NCBI GenBank assembly: GCA_964035545.1 | Contig: OZ037767.1 | Coordinates: 17,481,781 to 17,545,780, forward strand | Direction: 5' to 3' | DNA length: 64,000 nt | Origin: Bugula neritina | Lineage: Eukaryota; Animalia; Bryozoa | In this document: piece by piece, positions 49,167-59,785 of the stretch | How the letters are laid out: every line of letters starts with the position of its first letter | Numbering within the stretch: position 1 is the first letter of the stretch | The notes under the pieces: model-generated | Told to the model about the DNA's origin: nothing | The model's database searches: none | The model's input: the letters and a program-made list of their open reading frames with translations, nothing else | Position numbers and translations under genes: made by a program

Positions 49167-51373
49167 ATCACCCAGGGAGGCCCGCGCGTCTGTCGCCCCG
49201 CTGGGCGCCGCGCGGAGATGCTGTGAAGTGGCGACCCCCGCGGCAAGTAGGCTCAAGCCACTCGCCGCCTGGGTCCTCCACGCCACTCCGGCACCAACAC
49301 GGAGCCGGCAGACGGTTGACCACAGAGCCTGCGAGGGAAACGGTACAGGCGCCGCAAGGCGTATCGCCCCAACCTCGGCAGCTGGTCAATAGTCGCCGCC
49401 GACCGTGGACCCCTCGACCCACAGCGAGGGAGGTGCAACCACGGCACACACAATTGCAGCCGCACGGAAGTAGCTACTTCCTACCAGGGAAGCTAGCCGG
49501 CAAGCCTGCCAACTTCCTCCTGGACTCCGGCTGCACCACCAACCTCCTTAGCCGTCAGTTCTTTGACACCCTCAGCGCTAAGGTCAAGGACGGGTTGGCA
49601 CCGTATGAGGGGGATCATGGCACCCTGGCAGACGGGTTGTGCATTCCCTTCTACGGCATTATTGAGCTAACTGGTTACGTCCGTAACCAGGCCATCCAGG
49701 AGACGTTTATCGTCGGGCAGCTCAACGAGGATGCTATCCTCGGGATGCCATTCTTACAACGATACGGTTGTCGCATCGATTTCAGTAAATCTGCGATGAT
49801 CATGGGCGACAAGGAGCTCGCTTGTGTCGATAAGTTTGGTCGTCCTCTAGCGGGAGCAGTGCAGGTAGTACGGAGCTGTACTATACCAGGCCACTCCCGG
49901 GCTACCGTCCGCTGCAAGGTAGACGGTGGCCAAACCTCTAAGTTGGGAGTTGTCGAAAGTACGCACTCGAGAGTCCAACTTGCCCGTAGTTTTAGCCGGC
50001 TCACGGGGCAAGGAGAGATCTCAGTGCAGTGTGTCAACCCCTTCTCAGAGACAGTAGACCTACCACCCAGATCCATGCTGGGTCGCTTCCATCCTGTCCA
50101 GGAGGAAGCCATTGGGCCGTCGTCGGGAGCTACGACGGAAGGTCCTCAGCAGAGCCCGTCTCGAGGGCGGAGGACCGTCCCAACCCACGCCTCCCCTCCT
50201 CCAGGGACGCGTGGCTGCACAGGCAACGGGAAGCGCCAGGCTATGGCTAGGTTGCCACATGGGTACAGTGAGGCGTTCAGCCACACAGACCACGGAGCCC
50301 GCCTAAATAGAGCAGGCTGCCGTGAGGTACCACGGGCGGCGAGGACCGCCCCTGCTCAGCTACTCCAACAGAGGGCTGACACGCCCCCGGAGGCTGCCCA
50401 GAGCCTCCGCGCCAAACCTGTATGGGCTGGTAACGTTAGGGAGCTGCCGAAGCTCCAGGAATGCCTTCCTGGGGTGGTAGCCGACGTGTACCGAGCGAAA
50501 CAGGAGGGGCGACGACCCAGTAGTACACAACGGCGACAGGGATGCGCCGAGTTACGGCTGTACTGTCAACGTTGGAACTCTCTGCGGGTCGGGCCAGATG
50601 GTCTGCTAACCATGACCTTGGCCGCCAACAGCAGACAGCCAGCCAGGAAGAGGGTTGTCTGCCCAGTTGCCATCCGCCGGAAGTTGATACAAGACACCCA
50701 CGAGGAGACTCACGGAGGAGTCCAAGGGGTGGTCACCAAGCTACAACTCCGGTGGTACTGGCCCAACATGGAACGGGATATCCGACGCAGAGTGAGACGG
50801 TGCAAAGTCTGCCAGACCAACAAGCATAGCCGTCTCCCTGGTGAAGCGGGGCGGCAGACGCATTGTGCGAGAAGGTCTCGGCAGGCGGAGACTGTCAACC
50901 TGGCCGGAAACACCTCCATGACACGTCAGGAAGACTTGGCGAGGCGAGAAAGGCCACTTCCGTCCTTGAAAGTGCGCTCACCGCCCCCAACGTCAAGCCT
51001 GCCATCATCACCACTTCCGGAACCAGAAACAGGTCCGGAAGTGCAAAAACCCCCCGTGGGAGGGGCTCCGCAAGGAGATACCAACATAGGACCAGGACCA
51101 CACACTAGGCAACTTCCAGCGTGTCTCAGAGACTGTGTACGTGACCGCGGTATAAGCGGCAGTAACGAAAGTCTAGAGAGGCCTCGCATGGGAAAACAGG
51201 CAAAGAGCCGTGGGAGTTGTGATCACCACGAAAATCTCAACTTTTGCCTCGGCGGAATCTCACACGAGATTCATCCGCTGGAAGTGAAAAGCCCTAGTCA
51301 CGTTTCACAACCACGCTGTCCGGTCTTTTCCTATGTTGATGCAGTCGAGAGTAGACGTGCCAGTAAACAGTAA
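49013..51373 (+). CDS. pol: Internally deleted pol: aspartic protease plus integrase HHCC zinc-binding domain; no RT, RNase H or integrase core
   Basis: FLLDSGCTTNLL...EDAILGMPFL (retropepsin); THEETHGG...WYWPNM..DIRRRVRRCKVCQ (IN Zn finger); no YxDD, RNase H or DDE motifs seen in the 786-codon open frame. Confidence 0.88.
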   Translation: MRAAGTINRHGAPLLLGMRKTRTFPEKLPSAPTRVKLPRPADVPTSCGPSVNHPGRPARLSPRWAPRGDAVKWRPPRQVGSSHSPPGSSTPLRHQHGAGRRLTTEPARETVQAPQGVSPQPRQLVNSRRRPWTPRPTAREVQPRHTQLQPHGSSYFLPGKLAGKPANFLLDSGCTTNLLSRQFFDTLSAKVKDGLAPYEGDHGTLADGLCIPFYGIIELTGYVRNQAIQETFIVGQLNEDAILGMPFLQRYGCRIDFSKSAMIMGDKELACVDKFGRPLAGAVQVVRSCTIPGHSRATVRCKVDGGQTSKLGVVESTHSRVQLARSFSRLTGQGEISVQCVNPFSETVDLPPRSMLGRFHPVQEEAIGPSSGATTEGPQQSPSRGRRTVPTHASPPPGTRGCTGNGKRQAMARLPHGYSEAFSHTDHGARLNRAGCREVPRAARTAPAQLLQQRADTPPEAAQSLRAKPVWAGNVRELPKLQECLPGVVADVYRAKQEGRRPSSTQRRQGCAELRLYCQRWNSLRVGPDGLLTMTLAANSRQPARKRVVCPVAIRRKLIQDTHEETHGGVQGVVTKLQLRWYWPNMERDIRRRVRRCKVCQTNKHSRLPGEAGRQTHCARRSRQAETVNLAGNTSMTRQEDLARRERPLPSLKVRSPPPTSSLPSSPLPEPETGPEVQKPPVGGAPQGDTNIGPGPHTRQLPACLRDCVRDRGISGSNESLERPRMGKQAKSRGSCDHHENLNFCLGGISHEIHPLEVKSPSHVSQPRCPVFSYVDAVESRRASKQ
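49115..49159 (+). promoter_or_regulatory. Putative -1 ribosomal frameshift signal (slippery heptamer plus stem-loop)
   Basis: G_TTA_AAC at 49115-49121 in the gag frame, then a perfect 10-bp stem cggcccgcag (49127-49136) / ctgcgggccg (49150-49159); the pol ORF is in the -1 frame. Confidence 0.75.
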
Positions 51374-51396
51374 TCAGTTACCACTCTCATTCCAAA

Positions 51397-52449
51397 ATGT
51401 CTTACTATTCTGGATCGAAGGGTGAGTTAATTATGTTTTTGGTACGATAACTAGACTGCATCAGTCAGCTTAGCTACACTAGCTAGCTGGAGATTCGATA
51501 ATGATAAACAGTGGTGGGAATACACGTCGACTTTGATTTTAAATAATCTGTCATAGCGAGTGTGTTCTCCATCAACTATTCATTAGCCTGAATCTCACGA
51601 GTGTAACTGAACAGAGTACCGGTCAGGCTGTACACGCCGACGGTGCCTCAGTGTATAATCTTTAACACTGCTACTCTTTCAGATCACACTCGAGTGACCA
51701 CCTCCCGGTCACGGGACCAGCCAACCTCTCTGTCTATGGAAGAAGAGCCTGTAATGGAGAATGGCATACCCGTAGTACTCCGCCGACGACACCGTTGGGT
51801 GTCACCCACGACAGAGAGGAGAATTGAAGAAGCCTGGGGACCCAGTGGACCACACCGAACCTGCCAGGTCTGCTTTGAGGAGTGCCCATCACACCGCTCC
51901 CTGCGTTTACATGTAGACGCCCATTTCCTACTCCACTTCTGTCCCTGCGGGTTCCACGACGTCTACCCGTATCCCGTGACAGTACATAAGCTAAGCTGCT
52001 TCGCCGGAGAGAACCACACTGTTGATGAAGACAGTTTCCCCCTATACCTGGATGCCATCAAGCCAGTCATCAGGAAGGCTATCACCCTGGCCGCACTAAC
52101 GTCAGGGTTTCACGTACTGCTACTATCCGCCCGCCATAAGTCCCCTATGGTTCAGGGCCCACCTCCTACCCCCGTCAACCCTAGCAACACCCCAGAAGTA
52201 GAAGAAACAACAATATCCCCTCTAACGGAGACCACTACAACCCCACCAAGGCCTAGCCAGCTGGCTAACGTAGAAGAGCGGCTTATAAGACTACAAGCCG
52301 AGTTCACACAACTTGCCCCTGACCTGCTGGATACGACGACAGGTCTATACCAGTTGAAGGACTCAGTGGGACGACTGAAGAGGCGGCTACGGGCCCGACA
52401 GGCTCGACACAGAGCACGGTCGCTACAAGAATCAGAGTCCAACCAATGA
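51397..52449 (+). CDS. Accessory ORF3 of the LTR element: predicted spliced 263-aa protein with Cys/His zinc-finger-like region and C-terminal coiled coil/basic tail
   Basis: caaaATG at 51397, exon 1 51397-51421 (MSYYSGSK), donor G|gtgagt, acceptor actctttcag| at 51682, phase-compatible with ORF 51643..52449; CQVC-x12-HVDAH, CPC..H..H..C, LANVEERLIRLQAEF...LKRRLRARQARHRAR. Confidence 0.72.
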
Positions 52450-52731
52450 GAATGCCTGGGGTAGGCACCTTCGTTGAGCGATACTCGTTTGGAATGTGAC
52501 GAGCGCTCCGACATTGGCCCGCGTGCTGGTAAGCACCCTCTCTCTTAATAGCTGACTAGATGTGTGTGATCGATCACCCTGTTGTCTTCTAATGTAAATG
52601 TTGTCGTGTTTAACTATTTCTTTTCTTACTCTTTGTGGGTTTACTTATGTATGTTTTTCTTTTTGGATTATTGTATAGTTTTTCATTATGTGTTTTTTTT
52701 ATTGTGTTATCAGAAAGTAGGGCTTTCTGCT

Positions 52732-52742
52732 GGGGGGGACGG
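52732..52742 (+). other. Polypurine tract
   Basis: gggggggacgg immediately before the 3' LTR. Confidence 0.85.
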
Positions 52743-53095
52743 TGTAGTGAGTAGTGCAAAGTACAAACACGGGAATCGCCCTCTCCCTACTCTTGGAATA
52801 CTTAGACTCTTATGTAGCAACCAATTAGCAGCTCCGGAAGATATGCTTCCGATTCACGTGACACTTCCCGGGTTATTAACATTATATCACGTTGTTGTAA
52901 GCGGAGGCTTGTAGTAGTAACATGTGTTAGTAGTTGACTCTTGTATAGGATAATTTGATGTGATGTTTGGTTTATGCTTTATTGTGGATAATAAATATAA
53001 TTACTCGACAGCTACCCTAGTAATTGATAACAGAATAACCAGCTAACTATACGCAAGTAAATAACTCACGCTCAGTAATTGCACAAATTACTACA
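52743..53095 (+). repeat. 3' LTR
   Basis: Direct repeat of 47828-48180. Confidence 0.97.
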
Positions 53096-53869
53096 ATACT
53101 TATACTTATAGTTAATGTAAATGTAAATGTAAATGTTAATAGTAAATGTAATACTAATAGTAATACAGATATATTGATGAACAACTAGCAGTAATTCAAA
53201 CTCATTGTAATTTTGATTGTCGCTGACAATCACAATGAATTATAGTCATGGCGAAAAATTGGACAATTGAAATAAGAGTCAGACTCGGAGTGAAATAACA
53301 ATGCTTTAACTTACACTGATAGTTATAGAGTTCAAGTCTATAGATAATAAAGTCCAGGCTATAAATTACTTAAACAATAGACTACTTCAGTTCGAAAAAG
53401 CTAAAAAGCACTGCTGTGCTGTTCAAACTAGTAGCACAAAAAATAATTATGTGAGTAGAGGATCAAGGGTATATCATAGTGATATAACTATAAGTATGTA
53501 CTTTTGCATAATAAATCACTCGGCTTGTACATAAAACGATTTATTTGCGTGGTTATAGTCGTAGCTTATACTCTTACTAAAAGTAATTCGGAGAGTATAT
53601 TGAGTAATATTAAATTTCTTTACAACTGTAATCTTAGTTCTAATTATTAAAACTAGGTCAAGGACGAGTGTGCAAAACAAAGCTTGAAGGTCTCGCTGTC
53701 GTTAAGACTAAGCGTTCGAATGACAACTGAATGATTATTTTAGCTTTTTCGTTATACTTATGGTTTTGGTCGGACTGTGTTCGTCTTTGAACGCACGGGC
53801 TGGGTTGCTTGAAAAATGGTGACCTTTGGATGGCTGATGGAAAATTCGAAGATAGAGTGATTGTTATCA

Positions 53870-56800
53870 ATGAAGTCTGCAATCAGAATAATTATGGCTG
53901 ATAGGCGTGCAGCACACAGGCTCAAAATTCTTAGTCGCCAAGCCAATTTCTGTGGAAGTAGTGGCACTATAATCCATCGATGCAAGAGTAAGTTATCTAA
54001 TGTCAATGTATTCAGTAATGTCTAAGTCACAGTAACTGTAAGTGCAAGTAACTAAGTCGTCTACAACAACTTCAAGACAATTCTCTATAACCATATGACT
54101 ATGAGTATATTCATATTGATATTCTCATTCTGATTCTCTTTCTGATTTTGTAATCAGTAATGTAACTACAAAACAATTATATTGCTATTAGTATTACCTT
54201 TACTCTTTAGGCTTTACTATAGGCTATAGTATATTCAATATTCTGTAATACAAGGCAATTCTATGTTCTGTAATGCAAGAGAATAGTATTAGTATAATTA
54301 TTTAAATAGTTATATAAACTTAAAGTTTAGCATGAATTTCAATCATCATGACCATGATCTGTGAGTGTGATTATCATAATCATGATCACCATGGATTGAA
54401 ATTATATCATTATCATGATGATGATGAGAATCAATCATTATCATGTCCAAGTTCATGTTGAGTTCCCAATAACTATTATACTTAGCTTCATTTTGTAGTT
54501 CAAGTTGTATCATTGGCATTACATTTACTGATTACTGAATTGTTAGTGTTGTTACTGTAATTTAGTAAATAATTATAATAATTATGCAACTACAATAATG
54601 GTATAGTTATTATTATTATTGGTAATAATATATACTTATACTTATAGTCATACATACTCATACTGATATGACACTCATATAGTTGTATTTCTAATTTTTT
54701 ACTATTTAGGTAATGACAGTGTTACTATAGGCGATGTCTCTGTTCCAATCAAAAGTGCTAAACATGTTCACAAAGTTCCAAAGACTTACTGTAAGTAGCT
54801 CACGGTGATTTTATTGAAATGTGTGTTCAGATTATATAAATTGAATTTTGGTAAAATTATAGCAGTTTTTGTTGGCTACAGTTTTGTTGTTATAGCTTTT
54901 GCAAACATGTCTATCAGATTATTGTCATGAATTTTTGAAAACTAGGAAAGTGTTAACTCTGACTCAAAATAAAACATTCAGTGAATCATAATAACCGTGT
55001 TTGAAAATCTATTCCCCCCACATTGCTGACTTTAACTAAACACATACTTGAGAGATTCAGATTATTTTTGTATTTTCTACTCGACTTAAACCTTTAACTT
55101 CGTGAATCACTTGTTTCTAGTTAACTGAATGATAAATCTCTTCACTGTATTGTTTAGCCATGTTTCTGCTCTGTTGACTAGTACCAGGGGACGTCTCACA
55201 CTCCATCCTCACTCACCTCAAGTGGATGATGCAGAAGGACCTGCTGGGTCAAGACATCTTTCTGATTGGCTGTCCTGGACCAATGAGAAGAAGGCTGGCA
55301 CTCATGTATTTGGTGGGAATATTCTTCTCCTATCAACTCGCACTTCAGCTCAAAGACTATTAGCTGATACAAACAGGCTGTGGCTTTTCCGGAAGTGTGG
55401 AACTTATCGTGTTGATTTTAATAGAAATCAAAGATATTTTCATCAAAATTATAATGGGCTTTGAGTATATATGTATCTTATATCTGTGCGTTTTACCCAA
55501 ATATAATCACATGTCTAAATATTTTACAGGAAATGACTAATCGAGAGCACGAGTACATAGCGTTGTCTCGGGACACGACTGAAGCTGATTTGAAACAGAG
55601 ACGCGAAATAAAAGATGGCACCGCCTTCTATGTTGATCAGGTATAGTATATCCCTACTAGTTGTTAGTATGTACTGTATTCTATGTTGATCAGGTATATC
55701 CCTACTAGTTGTTAGTATATACTGTATTCTATGTTGATCAGGTAGAGTATATCCTTACTAGTTGTTAGTATATACTGTATTCTATGTTGATCAGGTAGAG
55801 TATATCCCTACTAGTTGTTAGTATGTACTGTATTCTATGTTGATCAGGTAGAGTATATCCCTACTAGTTGTTAGTATATACTGTATTCTATGTTGATCAG
55901 GTAGAGTATATCCTTACTAGTTGTTAGTATATACTGTATTCTATGTTGATCAGGTATATCCCTACTAGTTGTTAGTATATACTGTATTCTATGTTGATCA
56001 GGTAGAGTATATCCCTACTAGTTGTTAGTATATACTGTATTCTATGTTGATCAGGTATATCCTACTAGTTGTTAGTATATACTGTATTCTATGTTGATCA
56101 GGTATATCCCTACTAGTTGTTAGTATATACTGTATTCTATGTTGATCAGGTATATCCTTACTAGTTGTTAGTATATACTGTATTCTATGTTGATCAGGTA
56201 GAGTATATCCCTACTAGTTGTTAGTATATACTGTATTCTATGTTGATCAGGTATATCCTTACTAGTTGTTAGTATATACTGTATTCTATGTTGATCAGGT
56301 AGAGTATATCCCTACTAGTTGTTAGTATATACTGTATTCTATGTTGATCAGGTAGAGTATATCCCTACTAGTTGTTAGTATATACTTGTTGATGTTTGTA
56401 GGTTTAGCCATAGTTCTATACTCTCTTTTAGTGTGCAGTAAGGGCGGCCACTCAGGGCAGAGTCTTAGTTCTGGAAGGAATTGAGAAAGCAGAGAGAAAT
56501 GTACTTCCTGTTTTGAACAATCTTCTTGAGAATCGGGAGATGCAACTGGAAGACGGCAGGTTTCTGATGAAAGCCAGCACCTATGATAAACTCTTAGCAG
56601 TTAGTATAATACACAGTAGTATACAGTATAATACACAGTAGTATACAGTATAATACACAGTAGTATGTAGTATAATACACAGTAGTATACAGTATAATAC
56701 ACAGTAGTATACTGTATAATACACAGTAGTATACTGTATAATACACAGTAGTATACAGTATAATACACAGTAGTATACTGTATAATACACAGTAGTATAC

Positions 56801-59750
56801 AGTATAATACACAGTAGTATACAGTATAATACACAGTAGTATACAGTATAATACACAGTAGTATACAGTATAATACACAGTAGTATACAGTATAATACAC
56901 AGTAGTATACAGTATAATACACAGTAGTATACTGTATAATACACAGTAGTATACAGTATAATACACAGTAGTATACTGTATAATACACAGTAGTATACAG
57001 TATAATACACAGCAGTATACAGTATAATACACAGTAGTATACAGTATAATACACAGTAGTATACAGTATAATACACAGTAGTATATAGTATAATACACAG
57101 TAGTATGTAGTATAATACACAGTAGTATACAGTATAATACACAGTAGTATACAGTATAATACACAGTAGTATACAGTATAATACACAGTAGTATACAGTA
57201 TAATACACAGTAGTATACAGTATAATACACAGTAGTATACAGTATAATACACAGTAGTATACAGTATAATACACAGTAGTATACTGTATAATACACAGTA
57301 GTATACAGTATAATACACAGTAGTATACTGTATAATACACAGTAGTATACAGTATAATACACAGCAGTATACAGTATAATACACAGTAGTATACAGTATA
57401 ATACACAGTAGTATATAGTATAATACACAGTAGTATATAGTATAATACACAGTAGTATGTAGTATAATACACAGTAGTATACAGTATAATACACAGTAGT
57501 ATATAGTATAATACACAGTATTATACAGTATAATACACAGTAGTATACAGTATAATACACAGTAGTGTACAGTATAATACACAGTAGTGTATAGTATAAT
57601 ACACAGTAGTATACAGTATAATACACAGTAGTATATAGTATAATACACAGTAGTATACAGTATAATACACAGTAGTATATAGTATAATACACAGTAGTAT
57701 ATAGTACAATACACAGTAGTATCTGGCATAATACGGATTGTTTAGACTCACTCAGCTGAAGAGCTCCAAAAGTGGAAGATAGTCCGAGTGAGTGAAGACT
57801 TCAGAGTCATAGCCCTAGGTCTTCCAATACCCCGATACACTGGTAACCCTCTGGATCCACCCCTCCGCTCGAGATTTCAGGCTAGAGATATTGGCAATAC
57901 TCCTTTTAAGGTAATTCTCGTTCTATCTAATAGCATATCTCTACACCCACATCTGTATAATATGTGCTACAGAAAGATGATAACTCCACTAAATAATCCC
58001 CTCTCAGTATCTGTCTCTGTATAGCCTGGTTTCTCTGCTCCTTGTAGGAGCAGTTTGAGGTGCTGCGCGGCACCCACCCGTCTTTAGACTCAGCCCTGGT
58101 GTCCGAGCTTCTTTCCTTTGCTCATACAATCACACAGGAAGAAGCTAAAACTCTCGGCATCGCTGACTTTCCCCTCTCCAACATGTCACTGCTCGCTGCC
58201 CTCATGGTAAGCTGCCTCTACCAGCTAAGCTGTCTCTACTAGCTAAGCTGTCTGTGATGGTTATAGGATGTAACCAGGTCTCTATCTGCTCTATTCTCTT
58301 GTAGGCTGAGGTCCCAACAGTGCGAGGAGAAAGTGCAGTAGGGAGGCTCTACCCGTACAACCTCTTTCTCAGTGATGAAGGGAAGAAATCGCTAACATCC
58401 ACTCTAGAAGTTAGAGTTATTCTTGTTACAATAGTTTATAGTCTAATTTCACTGAAGAGTTGCTGAGTTTGTCTGGAAGTCAACAAACTTTGTATGCTCG
58501 CTTGTAGAAGTTTGACCTGGGTAAGGCTGCCCTGTCCGACGCCCCACTATTACAGTCAGTAAAGGAGTCAGCTAAGAGCAGCTCTGAGGCTATTGTGACC
58601 TTCACAGACGGGCAGACGATGACTGTTAGCAGAGGAAGTAAGGAGCTGCAGTCACATGACCCGCATTACATTCCGACCAATCACGATGAGCGTCTCTTAG
58701 CTGATATGATTACATCTCACAAGTTTCATGACATGTGCATTGTGGGTCCGAGGGTAAGTGTTGCATTGTGGGTCCGAGGGTAAGTGTTGCATTGTGGGTC
58801 CGAGGGTAAGTGTTGCATTGTGGGTCCGAGGGTAAGTGTTGCATTGTGGGTCCGAGGGTAAGTGTTGCATTGTGGGTCCGAGGGTAAGTGTTGCATTGTG
58901 GGTCCGAGGGTAAGTGTTGCATTGTGGGACTGAGTGTTGCATTGTGGGACTGAGAGTGTTGCATTGTATTTTAAGCTGCTTGTCTGCACCTCTCAATCTT
59001 TGCTTCCATTTAGCGAATGAAGATTCTGAAGATGGCTGTTGACACTTTTAACTGTTTTTCATTTTTACTGCCAGTGACGGTGTTATAACAGCAAAATATT
59101 TGTATGTTTAACTCTCATCTATATGCCTTCTGAGAGAATTTATCATTATAGCTCCGCAGTAAATATAATATATGCAGCGTATTTTGTGTATCACAGGGCT
59201 GTGGGAAGAGTACAGTGGTGAGAAAGTTATCTTCCCTTCTCGGCTACCATGTCGAACCAATTCTACTCTATCAGGATATGACATCACGTGACCTACTTCA
59301 GCAGCGGACAACTCTAGAGAATGGCGATACAGCCTGGCGACCTTCACCCCTCATAGAGGCCATGGAAGGAGGTCATATTGCCGTGCTGGACGGTCTTCAT
59401 AGAATTAATGGAGGGACTTTCAGCGTGTTGGCAAGGTGTGGCTTGTAATAAGTGCTGTGTGAGTACTGTAGTGTGACTCACAGTGAGTACTATAGTGTGT
59501 AGGTGATAAACTGAAGCTAGCAGACGTGTGGATTAAGCCTCATGTTTATCTGCTGTAGTTTGATACAAGACCGTGAGCTAAACACAGCAGACGGCAGTCG
59601 CTATCTCCGCCATGACAGATTTGATGATCTTGCTGCGACGATGAACAAAACGACAGATGAGATGAATGAAATGTGAGATCTTATTGGATAATGTGACTCT
59701 TTGTATTTGATGCTTACAGTTTCATAGCATGATATAGGTAGCATATAAAC

Positions 59751-59785
<35 letters not shown>

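Larger units (their letters stand above)
47828..53095 (+). mobile_element. Young non-autonomous Ty3/Gypsy-type LTR retrotransposon (5268 bp)
   Basis: 353-bp LTRs (TGTAGT...ACTACA) with one substitution between them by eye; 4-bp TSD ATAC (47824-47827 and 53096-53099); PBS, PPT, gag and partial pol. Confidence 0.96.

Noticed and set aside
51643-52449. Retroviral env gene
   Set aside because: No signal peptide, fusion peptide or transmembrane helix; only the position is env-like.
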